NCBI GenBank assembly: GCA_003971905.1
Contig: RSEE01000064.1
Coordinates: 248,001-312,000 of the forward strand
Direction of reading: 5' to 3'
DNA from: Moniliella sp. 'wahieum'
Lineage: Eukaryota
DNA length: 64,000 nucleotides
Part shown: one piece after another, positions 11,701-24,072 of the stretch
Layout of the letters: every line of letters starts with the position of its first letter
Numbering within the stretch: the first letter of the stretch is position 1
Made by a program: the position numbers and the translations under genes
The notes under the pieces: model-generated
What the model saw: the letters and a program-made list of their open reading frames with translations, nothing else
The model's database searches: none
Told to the model about the DNA's origin: nothing

Positions 11701-13600
11701 ATAGGTACCATCATTGCTCCTCACTAAATTTTGACGCCAACACTGTGGACAACCTGCATGGAACGAGCAATACGATCTCAGGTCTGCTTTATATTCATGT
11801 GGCGCCTTAGGAAGGTGGAGACAGTTCACAGAGTTAACAAGGGCGGTGGACGGATCTGCATGGTGAATCTGTGAGTGAGTGTGCCGTAAATACACCAAGT
11901 GACGAGGGTGCCTGATCTGGTCTTGTTGCAAGTGAAAAGACTCTCCCGTTCCGATAACATAGTGACATCATCAGTCCAGGTGGACAAAATGCAACGGGTG
12001 TCTTTCTCGTACGTCCAATTGTCTGGTTTCTCCCCCGGGCCTAGAATTAGGGTAACCGCGCTGTCATCATTTCTCCACAAGATGGCTCAAATATATTGGG
12101 AAAATGAGCGATATGTGTGTTGTGCGGTGAACTGTGGATGGATGTAGTAAAATGATAACCCTCCCGAATAGCTCCCACCGCAAGAACCATGTTCCCATTC
12201 GCAGTAACGGACAAGGATAATGACATTCTGGGTGAATTATTTATCTTCTTTACCGTCCGCCCGCAGTTCAGGGGCCGAAGTTATTTGGGAAGAGGGGTTG
12301 AATAATTCTGAGACAAACTGTTATGGATCGTCCTTGGTCTGGCGGAGATATGACAGTACACTGGATGCGATAGTGCCGATTCCGCATGCCTATTTTTCGG
12401 GTGCATCCTTGAGGCAGTCAGTACTATTATCTTTCGCAGGGCAAGTTTGCACACTATTGCCACCGACGTATGGCTCAGATGCACGCAATGCAATTCATTA
12501 CGAGTTGTTCCCTCTCTGGTGAGTCGAGGTAGTAAATATGGGGCTCTGGGCGAGCGAATGTTCCAATGCGTGCCGTCTCGGTCTCTCTCTGCCAGTAATC
12601 ACCCTTGAATCTAGCTGCCGAGTGCGGCATCCTCCTGTAATGTGTTGCATGCGTGCAATGAACGCTATCTGAACTCCCTCCGGATGTACAACGTAGCGCC
12701 AATAGCACTAGCTCACTCCGCTTGTCTGCGGAGCATCCTAACTCTATCGCACATTGAATTGAAGAGAGTTTCGGTACTTTGAAGCCTCTAATGGTTTTGC
12801 GTGTTGACACCATTTCCCGACACGTTTTTTATTTGATTCATCATTCTGTGTTCCGACTATTATGCCCCAACTCCCCTCACTGTGCATTGCTGATTTCGTC
12901 ACAAGGCAAATAGAGTGTGCCGCACTGATTTCATCATTGGAACAGGGGTTTATCTCCTGGTCTGCCCCCATCGCGTGGGATCAGATTCGTCAGATACATC
13001 GCCCATGGCACGTCAATGACGTTTCTGACGTTCAAGGGATTGACGTCGGCGACTAACTGACCTGCAGGGGGATGACATCGAGGACATATCTGACGTTCAG
13101 GGTGGTGACATCGACGACGTAACTGACCTGCAGCGCGCTGGCAGAATTGCCTCACCCACGGCAAATTACTTCTCTGACATTTTTGAAGGTATTTTATATC
13201 TTAAACATAAATGATGTCTTTTCGGGATTCGCTGTGCTAGTAGCGCATAAGATCGATCATCTCGCCAGGTATGTGTATACTTATTTCATTCCGAACACCG
13301 ACATTCTCATTAAGTCGGCTGCACGGAAGAAGAAGAAGCCGCTTGGCCGCGGACTTGTGTTGGGGGTAGAGAAGGTCAAGGATATACACCACCGCTACTA
13401 ACGTCGGGAAGAGGGGGAACGTTTCATACTTCAAAAGAACTACGTGGACCACACCTTTCATAATAGGCAGGCGACAAGGTGACAGGACATGGAGATGGGG
13501 AAAGGACGAGGATCATATCCATTGAGTGGAAAGAGGGCGAGCTATACATGCCTCAGAGAAGAAGAGATCATGCGAGCTGAATCATACGAAGGAAGAAGGG
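8720..13600. other. Lower-GC, ORF-poor island, possibly a decayed element or pseudogene of unknown type
   Basis: Visibly more AT-rich than flanking genes (sample lines 37-53% GC). No microsatellites and no ORF above about 116 aa. Minus-strand frames read as protein-like stretches broken by stops; no family recognised. Confidence 0.55.
13010..13135. repeat. Degenerate 33-bp tandem repeat x4
   Basis: GACGTTTCTGACGTTCAAGGGATTGACGTCGGC / GACTAACTGACCTGCAGGGGGATGACATCGAG / GACATATCTGACGTTCAGGGTGGTGACATCGAC / GACGTAACTGACCTGCAGCG, in an alternating A-B-A-B pattern. Confidence 0.85.
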
Positions 13601-13829
13601 AAGCACCTTCACTGAGTCCTAGGACCGCGTGGACCCTGAGTCACGTGAGTCAGTTTTCATTCCTCCGGAGCTCGCACCAGTCTTCTATAGACGATTTAGT
13701 CGCAGAAGCTCCTTAGTCCAATAGAACGTTCAGTGCTCACATGTGGTAGTAGCGAGGCCGACACGTAGTCAAAGGGAGAAACTAGAACAAATCAGGGACC
13801 AGGCAACTTTGGTGATCAAACGGTGATCA

Positions 13830-14290
13830 AGTGGGTCTGATCCCAACAAGAGGCGACTGCAGATGCGACAAGCCTTCGTATGCACCAGCGTCGGTTGTAG
13901 TACCGTGTCTGAAGCCTTCGGCGTTCAGGGACGGGAGGTGGCAGTGTGAAACAGAAAACACTGCCAGAGCCAGTGTGACTATATGCGGAGGTGTTGCTGT
14001 TGGAACAGAAAGGCCCATGCGGCTTGACTGAGACTTCGCGAGGGGACCACGCGACTGTGCTAGCGATCTGAGAGCGGGAAGACGGGAGCTGGAAGACGAC
14101 TGAGGGTGTGGCTAGCGAGGTAACGAGGAGGCGGCTACGTAAGAGCGAACGAAATTGCCTGTGCACTGGATCAACTGGCGACGACAGCCGAGAGGAAGAA
14201 AAGCCAATGGACCGTGTGTGGGGGCACCCAAGAGCCACCCAAGAACCATTGCTTACAAACAAGAACGAAAAGGGAAACCATGCAATAGAG
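13830..14290 (-). repeat. Dispersed degenerate repeat, copy B (inverted relative to copy A)
   Basis: Reverse complement contains GCCAGTTGATCCAGTGCACAGGCA and CTGCCACCTCCCGTCCCTGAACGCCGAAGGCTTCAGACACGGTACTAC, matching 5075-5096 and 5227-5275. Confidence 0.75.
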
Positions 14291-15239
14291 GAAGAACAGG
14301 GTACAAGGAACAACAGCGGGGGGGGGGGGGGGGGTTACCGCACGCGCAATCTATAGAAAGGTAAACACGGGCAAGGGGCGACCATCGTCGCAGAATACCG
14401 ACAATTCCGTTGCACGATTGCAGCCATCAACTCTTCCGCTTGATCATCATGGAGCGATTATGATTGCTGCGTGTGACGGGGTGGCTGGCTTCCCAGGCGG
14501 AGACCTTCCCTGCCCATCGGAGACGGTACTCACGGAGGACTGAACGCGTTTCAGATCCAAAGTCCAAGGCTCACTGGCGTGAACGAAGGAGGGTCGTGAG
14601 TGGTGCCTTGCGGTGCGTCGAGCAGAGCCTGAGCAGCGGTCTGCAAGCAGAGGTTGCGAAAGGTGCAGCGGTCCACGAGCAGTTTGCGTGTGTAGGGGCT
14701 GACGCGAAGGCGGTGTGCTCCGATGGGCGAGGGAGGGCGAGCGAGCTGAGCGAGAGGTGTTCCTTCTAGAAGCGGAGAGTCTAGAAGAAAGGGTGAAAGG
14801 GGAAAGAATGGTCGGCGGCTTGGGTCATCATCATTGGATCTAAGAACAGGCACGTTTTATAGAAGAGAAAGGGAACAAGGCAAGACCAAGAGGTCTACAG
14901 AGTAAAGGGGAAACGAGTCAAAGGGAAGAAAAGAGGACCAATCGCGAGAGGGACGAGGCGAGAGACGAGAAGAGGGTCAAGGGCAAAATGGACCCGAGAC
15001 GAGAAACGAGGCGAGAAAACGAGTCAAGAAACCGTGTGTTGTGTTTTGGATTTTAGACGAGCGCGAGCGGAGAAACCAAGATAGTTGTGGGTTTTGTTGA
15101 TAGGAAGACGATCCGAGTCAAGATAGCGAACGAGAAGAGAAAACGAGTCGAGATAGACGAAATAGGGAAAAAAAGCCGAGAAGCGATAGAGTCGATAAGG
15201 AAGTGGAGGCGGCTGTGCAACGCGGTTCAGACGTCGCCC

Positions 15240-15460
15240 CGGCCTGTATCCCTGGTTGGTGCTGGGTTCAATTTTCCCCACCTTCTATTCTCGTCTCTTC
15301 CCGCCTTTCTGTCCAACTCCCGCCCGTTTACGGCCAATTGATTCAGTACAGGCAACCTCGTCTCTACTTATAGCTGCCTCCACGCCTTCCAACCTCGTTC
15401 CCCAACTTTCCATTCGCCCACAGTCGGTGAGCCTCCTTTCATTCAGCGGCGATGAGTCCC
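15240..15460 (+). repeat. Dispersed degenerate repeat, copy C
   Basis: GCCTGTATCCCTGGTTGG...TTCCCCACCTTCTATTCTCGTC...ACTCCCGCCCGTTTACGGCCAATTGATTCAGTACAGGCA, collinear with 4981-5096. Confidence 0.8.
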
Positions 15461-15871
15461 CGTACCACAGCTAAGGAGGCCAACATAGTGATGAGCTTCC
15501 CCAGTATTTGGATCTTGAGTGCTGTAGTCCGGCACCTCATTAGCCTCTCACGAAACGGGGGAAGCGGCTCCAGTCTACTTACAAAGAATCCAATAATTAC
15601 CGGTTACCCAAATCCCAGTTGTGGCTGGACGTGAATTTCATGAATACAGTACGCTACGAGTCTGGCATGAATACAGTCAATCACGAGTCACGCACGAGCC
15701 ACGTATACCTATACCGTACGTTGGAACGACTTTCAAGTATACCAACTTCACGCTTCATTCATATCTACGAGCAGCGCGAGAAAGCGACTGATACACCAAA
15801 ATCCTGCTGGTCAACGGTCAATATTAAGGGGGTAGATGTATTCAGATCAATATGGAAGGCAGGGACCATTT

Positions 15872-15985
15872 GGAGGGGAATCGAAGGGAGTGGAGGGGAA
15901 CCGAGGGGAACCGAAGGGAGTCGAGGGGAGCCGAGGGGAGTCGAGGGGAGCCGAGGGAAGTTGAGGGGAGCCGAGGGGAGCCGAG
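15872..15985 (+). repeat. 10-bp minisatellite (consensus CCGAGGGGAG) x~11
   Basis: Direct tandem units tcgaagggag, tggaggggaa, ccgaggggaa, ccgaagggag, tcgaggggag, ccgaggggag and so on. Confidence 0.9.
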
Positions 15986-16592
15986 CCTACTATGTATACT
16001 AGGCAGTGCAGTGGCCGAGGGGCACAACGGAACTGCCGGGCCCACGGCGACTGGGGAAGAATAACAAGGGAGTTCAACTTGAACACTGAGTCTCAGCAGT
16101 ACTGAGTGAGTATTGAACGTTCAAGCCTCCGGTGTCGGGCAGGTGGAGATACTGGATCGACGTCGCGCTACAGGAGGTCGAGGGGTAAGGGGACAAGCGG
16201 GTAAGAGGGGCAAGGCGGCAAGAGGGGCAAAGCGTGGTTGGAGGTACAGATCTCAGAGGGGGTAGAATTCAGATCTCATATATCTCATGGCAATCTCAAG
16301 TGGTGACAGAAAAAAAGGGAGCAACATAGGACAGAGAGACACGAGGGCCGGCTGCCAAAACGCAAATCGCAATCGCAAATCGCATTCGCAAATCGCAATC
16401 GCAATCGCACCAGGACCCAACGAGTCGTACAGTTGTGGGAAAGAAGGAAGGGGGCGGGGGCGGTGGACTCGACGTTCCGCCGTGACCGTGACCGTGACCG
16501 TTCACCTTCAGCCTGAACGATCAGAAGGCCAACAGCGGGGAGCCAAGAAGGGTACCCGGTACTCAGTACCCGGTCCCCAGTCCCGACAGATC

Positions 16593-19500
16593 TTAGACGA
16601 TGGACCAGTGGGACGAGCCAGAAGAGCTACGGGAATGGCAGCTGGCGGGACGACTGCTGCGTTGTTGGGTGTTGTGCGTCTCACCCTCTCCTCCACCATT
16701 ACCGTCATCGTAACCTTGATCTTCACCCTCACCCTTATCCTCACCCTCACCCTTACCCTCACCCTCACGCTCACGCTCGCCTTCGACCTCGGCCTCGGTC
16801 TCGGCTTGGCTCTTAGTCTCTCCTTCCCCATTAGCGGGGACGCGTGAGACCGGCAGAGGCTCAGCGTAGGGCTGTTGCGCCGTGACGAGCGGACCGAGCA
16901 GACCAGGAGGCGGGGGAGCCACCTCGCCGTCATAGCCCGGGAGCGGGGTAGCATACAACGGAGCAACTTCCTGACAGGCCGGAACGTTCGGAGAGCCGAC
17001 AGGAGCATCGGCAGGCACAGGGGCAGGGGAAGCGCGGTGCGTAGAGGCCTGGGGGGGTAGGCTGACGTTGTGGCCCGGGTGGGATCAGGCTGGTGGAGGG
17101 GCGCCTTCGCGTCGTAGCGGTAGCGGTAGCGGTAGCGGTGGCGTGGCTGTGGCGGGTGGTGGTGGGCCGATCGGACGGGGCAAAGGACGGTACCAACGAG
17201 CGGGCATAGGCCATTTCGCGATAAATAGCCTGGACTGCAACGTGAGTACCGCGTTCGGAACGAATCCGTTCGCCCAACTTGGCCGCGCGGGCGATTTGGG
17301 CTGGGTCGGTGGTAGCGCGTACGAGAGCTTTAGCCAGTTCGGGAGGGGTGGCAGATCGAACGTGGGTACCGACGCCTAGTGCTTCCACTTGGTTCGCCCA
17401 AAAGAATTGGTCGCCAAAGTAAGGTTTGATCACGGTCGGGATGCCCGCGCGAAGTGAGGCGCCTACCGTGCCCGATCCGCCGTGGTGGCACGCCGCGTCG
17501 AGGTGCGGGAAGAGCCAGTCGTGCGGGACAGCGTCGACGCGGAAAATGTCAGTGGAGCTGGCCAAGGGCGAGACTGCGTCGTGGGCAGCGCTGGAAGTAG
17601 AAGTAGAAGTGGAAGTGGAAGCCAGACGGTCGGACCAGCCACGGGAGACGATAGCGCGCACGCCACTGATACGTACGGCCTCGGCGACGCAACGGTCCAT
17701 AGCCTGAGCGTCCTGGACGACGATGGACCCCCAACCAATGTAAACGACCTTCTTCTTTTGCTGTCGTGCGCGAGCAAGGAAGGCGACCAAGTCGGATGGC
17801 GGGTGCCAGGTGGGCGGGTTGTCCAAGAACCAGTAGCCGGTGACGTGGATCCATTCGGGCCAATCCAGTGGTTTGGGCACGAGGGCCGGGGAGAAGTTGT
17901 ACAGAACGGGGTGCGGTGAGCGGCGAGTTGGTCGTACGAAGTAGGAGGAATGTGGAGCACGTCTTGCCGCCACTGGTTGATCTGGGATGCCGAGGCACGC
18001 CAGAACACTTGGTCAAAGATGACGTGGGTCAAGTAATTGTAGCTCCCGCCGGCGCGGTGGCCTGGGACGGCAAATGCGTGAGGGTAGGCACGGGTGCGGG
18101 ACCAGGGCATGGTAAAGGCGCGGTAGTAGGGTACCTGTAGTGCGGCAGCAATGTGAATTCCAGCAATGGCCGAAGGAGCCTCGATGATCACGTCGGTACC
18201 TTGGCAAGCTTGCCAAGCCGAGACGAGGAGGTCGTCGAGCCATCCGCGGAACTTGGTGACGCCTTCGCGCAAAAATCCAGGGAAAAAGTACCGTTATCGA
18301 CGCAGACGCGCATCAGTTCGGCCGGGTCACCACCGACAGCATAAAAGCCAATGTCCAAGCTCTCGATCCAGGGTCCAAACTCGGCATGGGTAGCGATCCG
18401 GACCTGGTGTCCGTCCTGCTGCAACGCCTTGGCCAGCGAAATGTACGGCTGCACGTCGCCGCGCGATCCAATGGTGAGCAGGGTAAAGTGCAGCGGCACC
18501 GGAGGTTGGAACTGGAGCATGGCCGAGGAGTGAAAGGAGATGCCACTGAGCATACCGCTGCTGGCAGCCGAGTCGAGTCCCGATCCCGATCCCGATCCCG
18601 AACGGGAGTGGGAGCGGGATCCGGATCCTGATCCCGATCCCGATCGTGCCGAAGGGTCTGCCTCGGAAGCAGCGAGGGACGCGAGAGTTGGCGAGCGACG
18701 ACGATTCGTATTCCGGTTGGGTGGCAGCGGCGAATTCGGCAGTCAAAGCATCCAGTTGCAACGTCTCCCCCGTCGTGGTGGAAGAGGCATCCGTATCACC
18801 GCGTCCTCCTTTCCGCGCTTGAGCTTGAGCTTGAGTTTGGGTTTGGGTTTGGGCTTGCACCGCGGCCAGTTGCTCGTCCTGCACGGCCTCCAACAACGGT
18901 TGGATGGTCTGTACGGCGGCTTCACGCGCGCCGACGGTGGCAAACTCGAGGAAGATCTCTTCGTGACCGCGGACGACGACGATGAGGCCGTGGGTGTTGG
19001 GCTGCAAGGCGTGGTGGCGGGTAACGCTGATCACGTCCGTTAGGGGCAACTGCATCAAGGTACGTCCGAGGGTGGAGGTGGCGAGAGCCGAAGACTGGAA
19101 ACAGAGGTGACGATTGGTGATCCACAGTCGGCCACGGGTAGGAATGACGCGGTAGAGGTAGCACCGTACAGTCAATTGGATGGACTCTTTCCTTGCAAAG
19201 GGGAAAGCGCGACGGAACGCATCAGCCTTGTCGGCCGGGACGGGGTCGTGGGCTTGACCGGGAGCTGGCGGGCTCATGACGGCGTACATTTCGCTTGACG
19301 AATCGGACCATGCATCAGATAGGTCCTGCTGTGTACCTTCCCCCCCCTGGAGCGAAGCTAATGCCGGGCCGATCTGGTCCGAGGGGAGAGACAGATGAGG
19401 CGTAGCCCACGGGCCCGGGTGGTCCCATACTTCGTGCACCTTGCGTGCTTGCCGTTCGGTTTCGGACAAGGTTCCGAGGACCAAGGCGCTCAAGCGAGTG

Positions 19501-21865
19501 CGTGGGCCTTGCATCGCTGCCTGGGCCGCCGAGGGGGCACGGCGCAGCAACCGCTTGGCGCTGGAGGAAGAGCGAGAGACCCAGCGGGACACTTTGCCCG
19601 CGGTGGACCATTGGGTACTGGCCATGCTGCTGCCCGTGGTCGTGGTCGTGCCTGTGGCCGTGCCCATGCCCGCGGGTGGGGTTCCAGCGCCCCATGGGCT
19701 GGAAGGTGCCGAGAGGAGGGAAGGAGGTGGGCGGAAGATGGTAGACTGGCGAGGGGTGACCGAGTAGGACAGGTGGCTACCGCCACTACCGTCAAGAGGT
19801 TCCGAGGTAGCAGCGGCGACTGCGGGGGATGTTGATGGGCTGAGTGCCGGGGAGCAGGAGGGGATCCGACACGTGAGCTGGGTCGGAGCTGACCTCTTCC
19901 TGCTCCACCAAGCCCAACGGCAACGGTACCGGCGCAGGCTTGGGTGGTTGGGCATACTATCCAGAGCCTGGAGCAGCGATCGACGAGGTGGTCACGTTGG
20001 GAGGCAAAATGGAGAAAGTAAAACTCGTCCAGCGCATACTCATTCTCGCCTTCGGCCACTTGAATTGCCAGTACGTCAGATAAGCCCATGTCGAGGGGAG
20101 AGGTGGTGGAGCGAGCACGGGGACCACGAGGGGGCGCTGGCACCACCGTCTCCGTTCCCGGGAGGAGCGTGTTGGCCTCGACATCCAAAATTGTTTCGAG
20201 CGGTATGGTGATCCGCACGCTCTCGCCCGTCTTGGCACGGAAGACAGCTTTGGTTAAGGCGTCGACCCAGCGTCGCGCGAAACGGGGCTGGGGGCACAAA
20301 ACAAGTAGTGCGACCGGGGACATCGATAATGAACTCGCTGGTTTCGGGGCCGGCGGTCTGGTTCTGGCTCTGGCCCTGGCTCTGGCTTGGCTCTGGCTTT
20401 GGCTTGGCTCGGACCCTGGTTGGCTTGTTCGGTGGTGGCTGTGCTGCGGGTTGTGGGTGTGACGGGGCCAACGTAGCTGACGACGCGGAGGTCGAGATGG
20501 TTTTGTGGAAAGTAAGGGTCCTGGGCCGACTCGAACCAGGCCAAGGACGTGTCACGCAGCACGACCCAATGCCGGGTCCAGCGATGAGTGTGACGGGTGC
20601 GTTTGAGCAACGAGCCAGCGTGGCGGGTTGGGCCGGTATCTGCAATGGCGCGGTGGTGTTGCCCGAGGCGCCGGTGGCGAGGACAGGGGTCTTGGGTAAT
20701 GGCGCGTAGAAGCAGAGGTAGGAAGAGGTGAGGTAAGCGTACCCCTTGAGGAACAGCGTGGCGCGGTACATCCAGCAACCATGGTACGACTGTAGTTGTT
20801 CCGATTCGGGCAAGTTGAAGACGCGGCGGACCTTTTGGGCCAACTTGTCGCGCAAAGGTTGTGCACTGTCTTGTACGTCGCCACTGGACGATAGCACGTC
20901 CTCAGTTGTCCCGCCACGCACATCCTCCGACAGCGACGAGGCAGCCGCCGGCGCAGGGGAGGCAGGGGAGGCAGGGGCGGCGACGAGGGCTCGGTCCTAG
21001 GCAGCAGTTGGGACTCTTCCCGGCTGGTTCGAGGGCGATCTTGGGCTCGAGCGTGGTACCGCTGCCGATGGACATGCTGCTGGTGGGAAGATCACTGAGC
21101 TGGGACGAGCTCAACACGGGAAACAAGGTCGGCGAACCTAAGGAGGCAGAAAGCGGGATGTGAGTCAGTCCAGTCCATCCAGGGATCACGCCAACAGTGC
21201 AAAACTGGGGCAGGGGGGGGGGGGGCGCAGACATACCGAGTTGCCGGTGTGGCGTTTGGGGCCAAGCGGATGGGTTGGTGGCCGGCTCAGGAGGGAGATA
21301 AGCGAGTGCATCGAGGACCTCCTTCTCTGGGCTTTCGTCGAGGTCTGGCTCCTGTTCTGGATCGAGGTCGGGGACGGCCGCGGGGGGGAGATGGGATGGT
21401 GCGGGGGACAGGCTAGGAGGCAGCGGGAGGCAGCGGGCGCGGGGCAGCGGGGCCTGAGGCGGGGGGGCAGGGAGCGCGGCGAGGGGGGCGAGGGGGCGAA
21501 GGGGGCGAAGGGGGCAGAGAGTGGGAGAGGGAGGGGGAGCGGCAGCAGGCCGTTGCGGTCGGCAGTGAGGAGGGTGGAGCCGACCATGGCGAGGACCTGG
21601 ACGAGGGTCTGGGTGGGTGCCTGGGCCGAGGGGTCGTCGAGGGACTGGTAGTCGGGCACGGCGCCCGAGAAGGGATCGACATCGGAGGACGGGGGGCGTG
21701 GGCGTGGGCGGGGGTGGTGATGAAGGGGTCCAGGCCGTCGTCGTGCTCGTGTGGCGGGTGTGGGTGGGTGTGAGGCGAGGGCGGGTGGGCGCAGGAGAGG
21801 AGACGGGGGGCGGGCGGGAGGAAGGCCGGGGCGAAGGCCGGGGCGAAGGGGCGGGAGGCGGGCAT
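16593..21865 (-). CDS. ATG26: Sterol 3-beta-glucosyltransferase (GRAM-PH-GRAM-GT28-UDPGT)
   Basis: [102 protein letters not shown]2 [120 protein letters not shown]. Intron 21236-21138. Start uncertain; multiple frameshifts. Confidence 0.95.
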
Positions 21866-22124
21866 GCTGGCGGTGGTGGTGGTCGTCGTTCACAGCGTCG
21901 CACGCAGGGGCATCGCCGGCGGAGGCAGCGGCAGCGGGGGGCAGACGAGGGGCAGACGAGGGCAGACAGACGGGGCAGACGAGGAGCGCAGCAAAGCCAG
22001 CCAGCATGGCCTGTCGAGTATTAGTAGCCACACTGGTGGTTGGAGGGCAGAAGATTGTGCGTGTCGGCCGATCCAGTCCCCCAATCAGCAATCCATATCT
22101 ACGCTTCGTATCATAATCATCATC

Positions 22125-22290
22125 ATCCATCCATCCATCCATCCATCCATCCATCCACCATCCATCCATCCATCCATCCATCCATTCTATTCCATTACAT
22201 ATCATCCCATCCTATCCCATTCCATCCCTCTCCTCCCCTCCCCTCCCATCCCATCCCATCCTATCGCATCCCATCCCACCCACCATCGCC
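22125..22290. repeat. (CATC)n and (CCCAT)n microsatellites
   Basis: Directly visible tandem repeats between ATG26 and the BRCT gene. Confidence 0.9.
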
Positions 22291-22476
22291 ATCCCCTGCC
22301 CGATCGCCCCCACCAAGCCACGGCGAACAGGGGTGGCCAACCCTACGTCTATCGACTTGGATGGTCATCCATGGGCGATCGATGAGCAAAGCCAATGAGC
22401 TCATCCTCCAACATTGCTGTCTATCACGTGACGCTATGGGATGTGATTTGAGTGTGATGCACCAGTCACTCCGTGC

Positions 22477-23365
22477 TTACTTAGGCGGTGGAGCCAACCA
22501 GGCCAGGACACTCGTCTGTGCCTTGTGCCTGTGGTGGTCTTCCCCCACGCCCACGCCCCTCAGCGCGCCCTCCTCCACCGCATAGTCCGCCTCGGGCAAG
22601 CGCATAGCGCGCGCCGCCGAGTCCAGCACCCACGCCGGCCGTACCAGCTGGCCCACACACTGCGCACCTCGTCCGCGGCCCGAGCGCAGCGCGTGCATCT
22701 TGCTCCCTGCCAAGCCCATCGACGATACGGTGTGGGTGACGTGCTTGTTGGCGTGCAGCTCCACCTGTCCGCCATGCAGATGCAGTACACGTGCCAGTTC
22801 CCGGTGCGTCGTGTCCGCAGTGTAGCCTGTAATGTACGCGCGCACGCCCTTGAACACATCTGATGTCTGCACCCACAAATCCCACAAAACACGTCCGTCC
22901 GTCCACACCCAGCGCCGCCCCTCTCGTCAGCCTCACTTGCACCCACCCAAGCCCCCTCCGCTCCCTCAAACTCCACCTCACTCAAAACTCCGGTCGGAGG
23001 GTTGCAACGTACCGCACGATCCGCCTGAGCACGCAACTTGGTCGAGCGTGCTTGCATCCAAGACGTGTGAGAGACGCAGATCCAGACGCCGAGGCAGACG
23101 CCGATCCAGACGAAGCGGCGGGCCCAGCCTCGGCGCCCGAACCCACCCCGAACTTTCCTGGCCCACGACTGGCGGTAGTGTAGAGCTGGGAGCGGTGGAC
23201 AATGTCGGAAGCGTGATGGCATTGTGCTCGGCGGCCAAGCCGGTGCGGGAAGTGAGTCGACGGAGGTGGGTGCGCGCACGGGGCGAGAAGGCCGGTGCAG
23301 TAGGTGGGTCAGTGCTGCGGGCAAACAAGCCCGAGTATCCACGGATGTGCCTGATGCTGATGGGT

Positions 23366-23401
<36 letters not shown>

Positions 23402-23927
23402 AGTCGAGCGCGTTTGGTCCGATGCTGCGCCGTAGCGGGATCAGAATCAGAACCCAAGGACCAGAGAGAAGAAGAAGATGGAGGAGGATGGGTGGGCGGA
23501 TGGGCGCGTGCCAAGGGCAGAAGCAGACGGGGAACGCGATGGGATGGGATCGTTGCGTGCGCGGAGCCACATTGAGCAGCAGAACGCGGGAAGGGGGCAG
23601 GTTCATGTGGGTGCGCCAGTGGAGGCGGTAAGAGCCGCCTGGCCTTGTGGGGGAACGACTCGGCGGGCGGATCTGTCGGGTAGATGCAGATGCAGAGGCA
23701 GAGGCAGAGACTGAGGATGAGGCTGGGGCAGAGGCAGAGGAGATCTGCTGGCAAGTGCGGTGGTAGGCTTCGGCTGGGCGCGGTCGAGGTTGCTGAGGAT
23801 GGCGACGCTCTTTGCAAACGCGTTTCCACTTGCCGCGGGGCGGCTGGAAGACGGCGGTGGGGCCGGCGGGCCGAGACAAATCGGCTGCCTCGAGGGTTTG
23901 TTGTGCGCGTGGGGGCGGTGGTGGCAT
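22477..23927 (-). CDS. Single-BRCT-domain protein (REV1-type BRCT, low-complexity N-terminus)
   Basis: ATG 23927 (MPPPPPRAQQTLEAADL). SWMQARSTKLRAQADRA | intron 23012-22867 | TSDVFKGVRAYITGYTADTTHRELARVLHLHGGQVELHANKHVTHTVSSMGLAGSKMH...LVRPAWVLDSAARAMRLPEADYAV, which carries the BRCT signature F.G...I.G / GG / VTH / V.P.WV.DS. Confidence 0.85.
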
Positions 23928-23928
23928 G

Positions 23929-24072
23929 GGATGGAGGATGGGGATGGAGGATGGAGGATGGAGGAGGGAGGATGGAGGATGGAGGATGGAGGATGGAGGA
24001 TGGAGGAGGAGGATGGAGGATGGAGGATGGAGGATGGAGGATGGAGGAGGATAGGGGAATGGAGGATGGAGA
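23929..24072. repeat. (GGAGGAT)n heptamer microsatellite
   Basis: About 18-20 near-perfect units immediately upstream of the BRCT gene ATG. Confidence 0.95.

Noticed and set aside
15872..15985. CRISPR-like array (also considered for 13010-13135 and 51948-52036)
   Set aside because: Units are directly adjacent with no unique spacers, there are no cas genes, and the context is eukaryotic.
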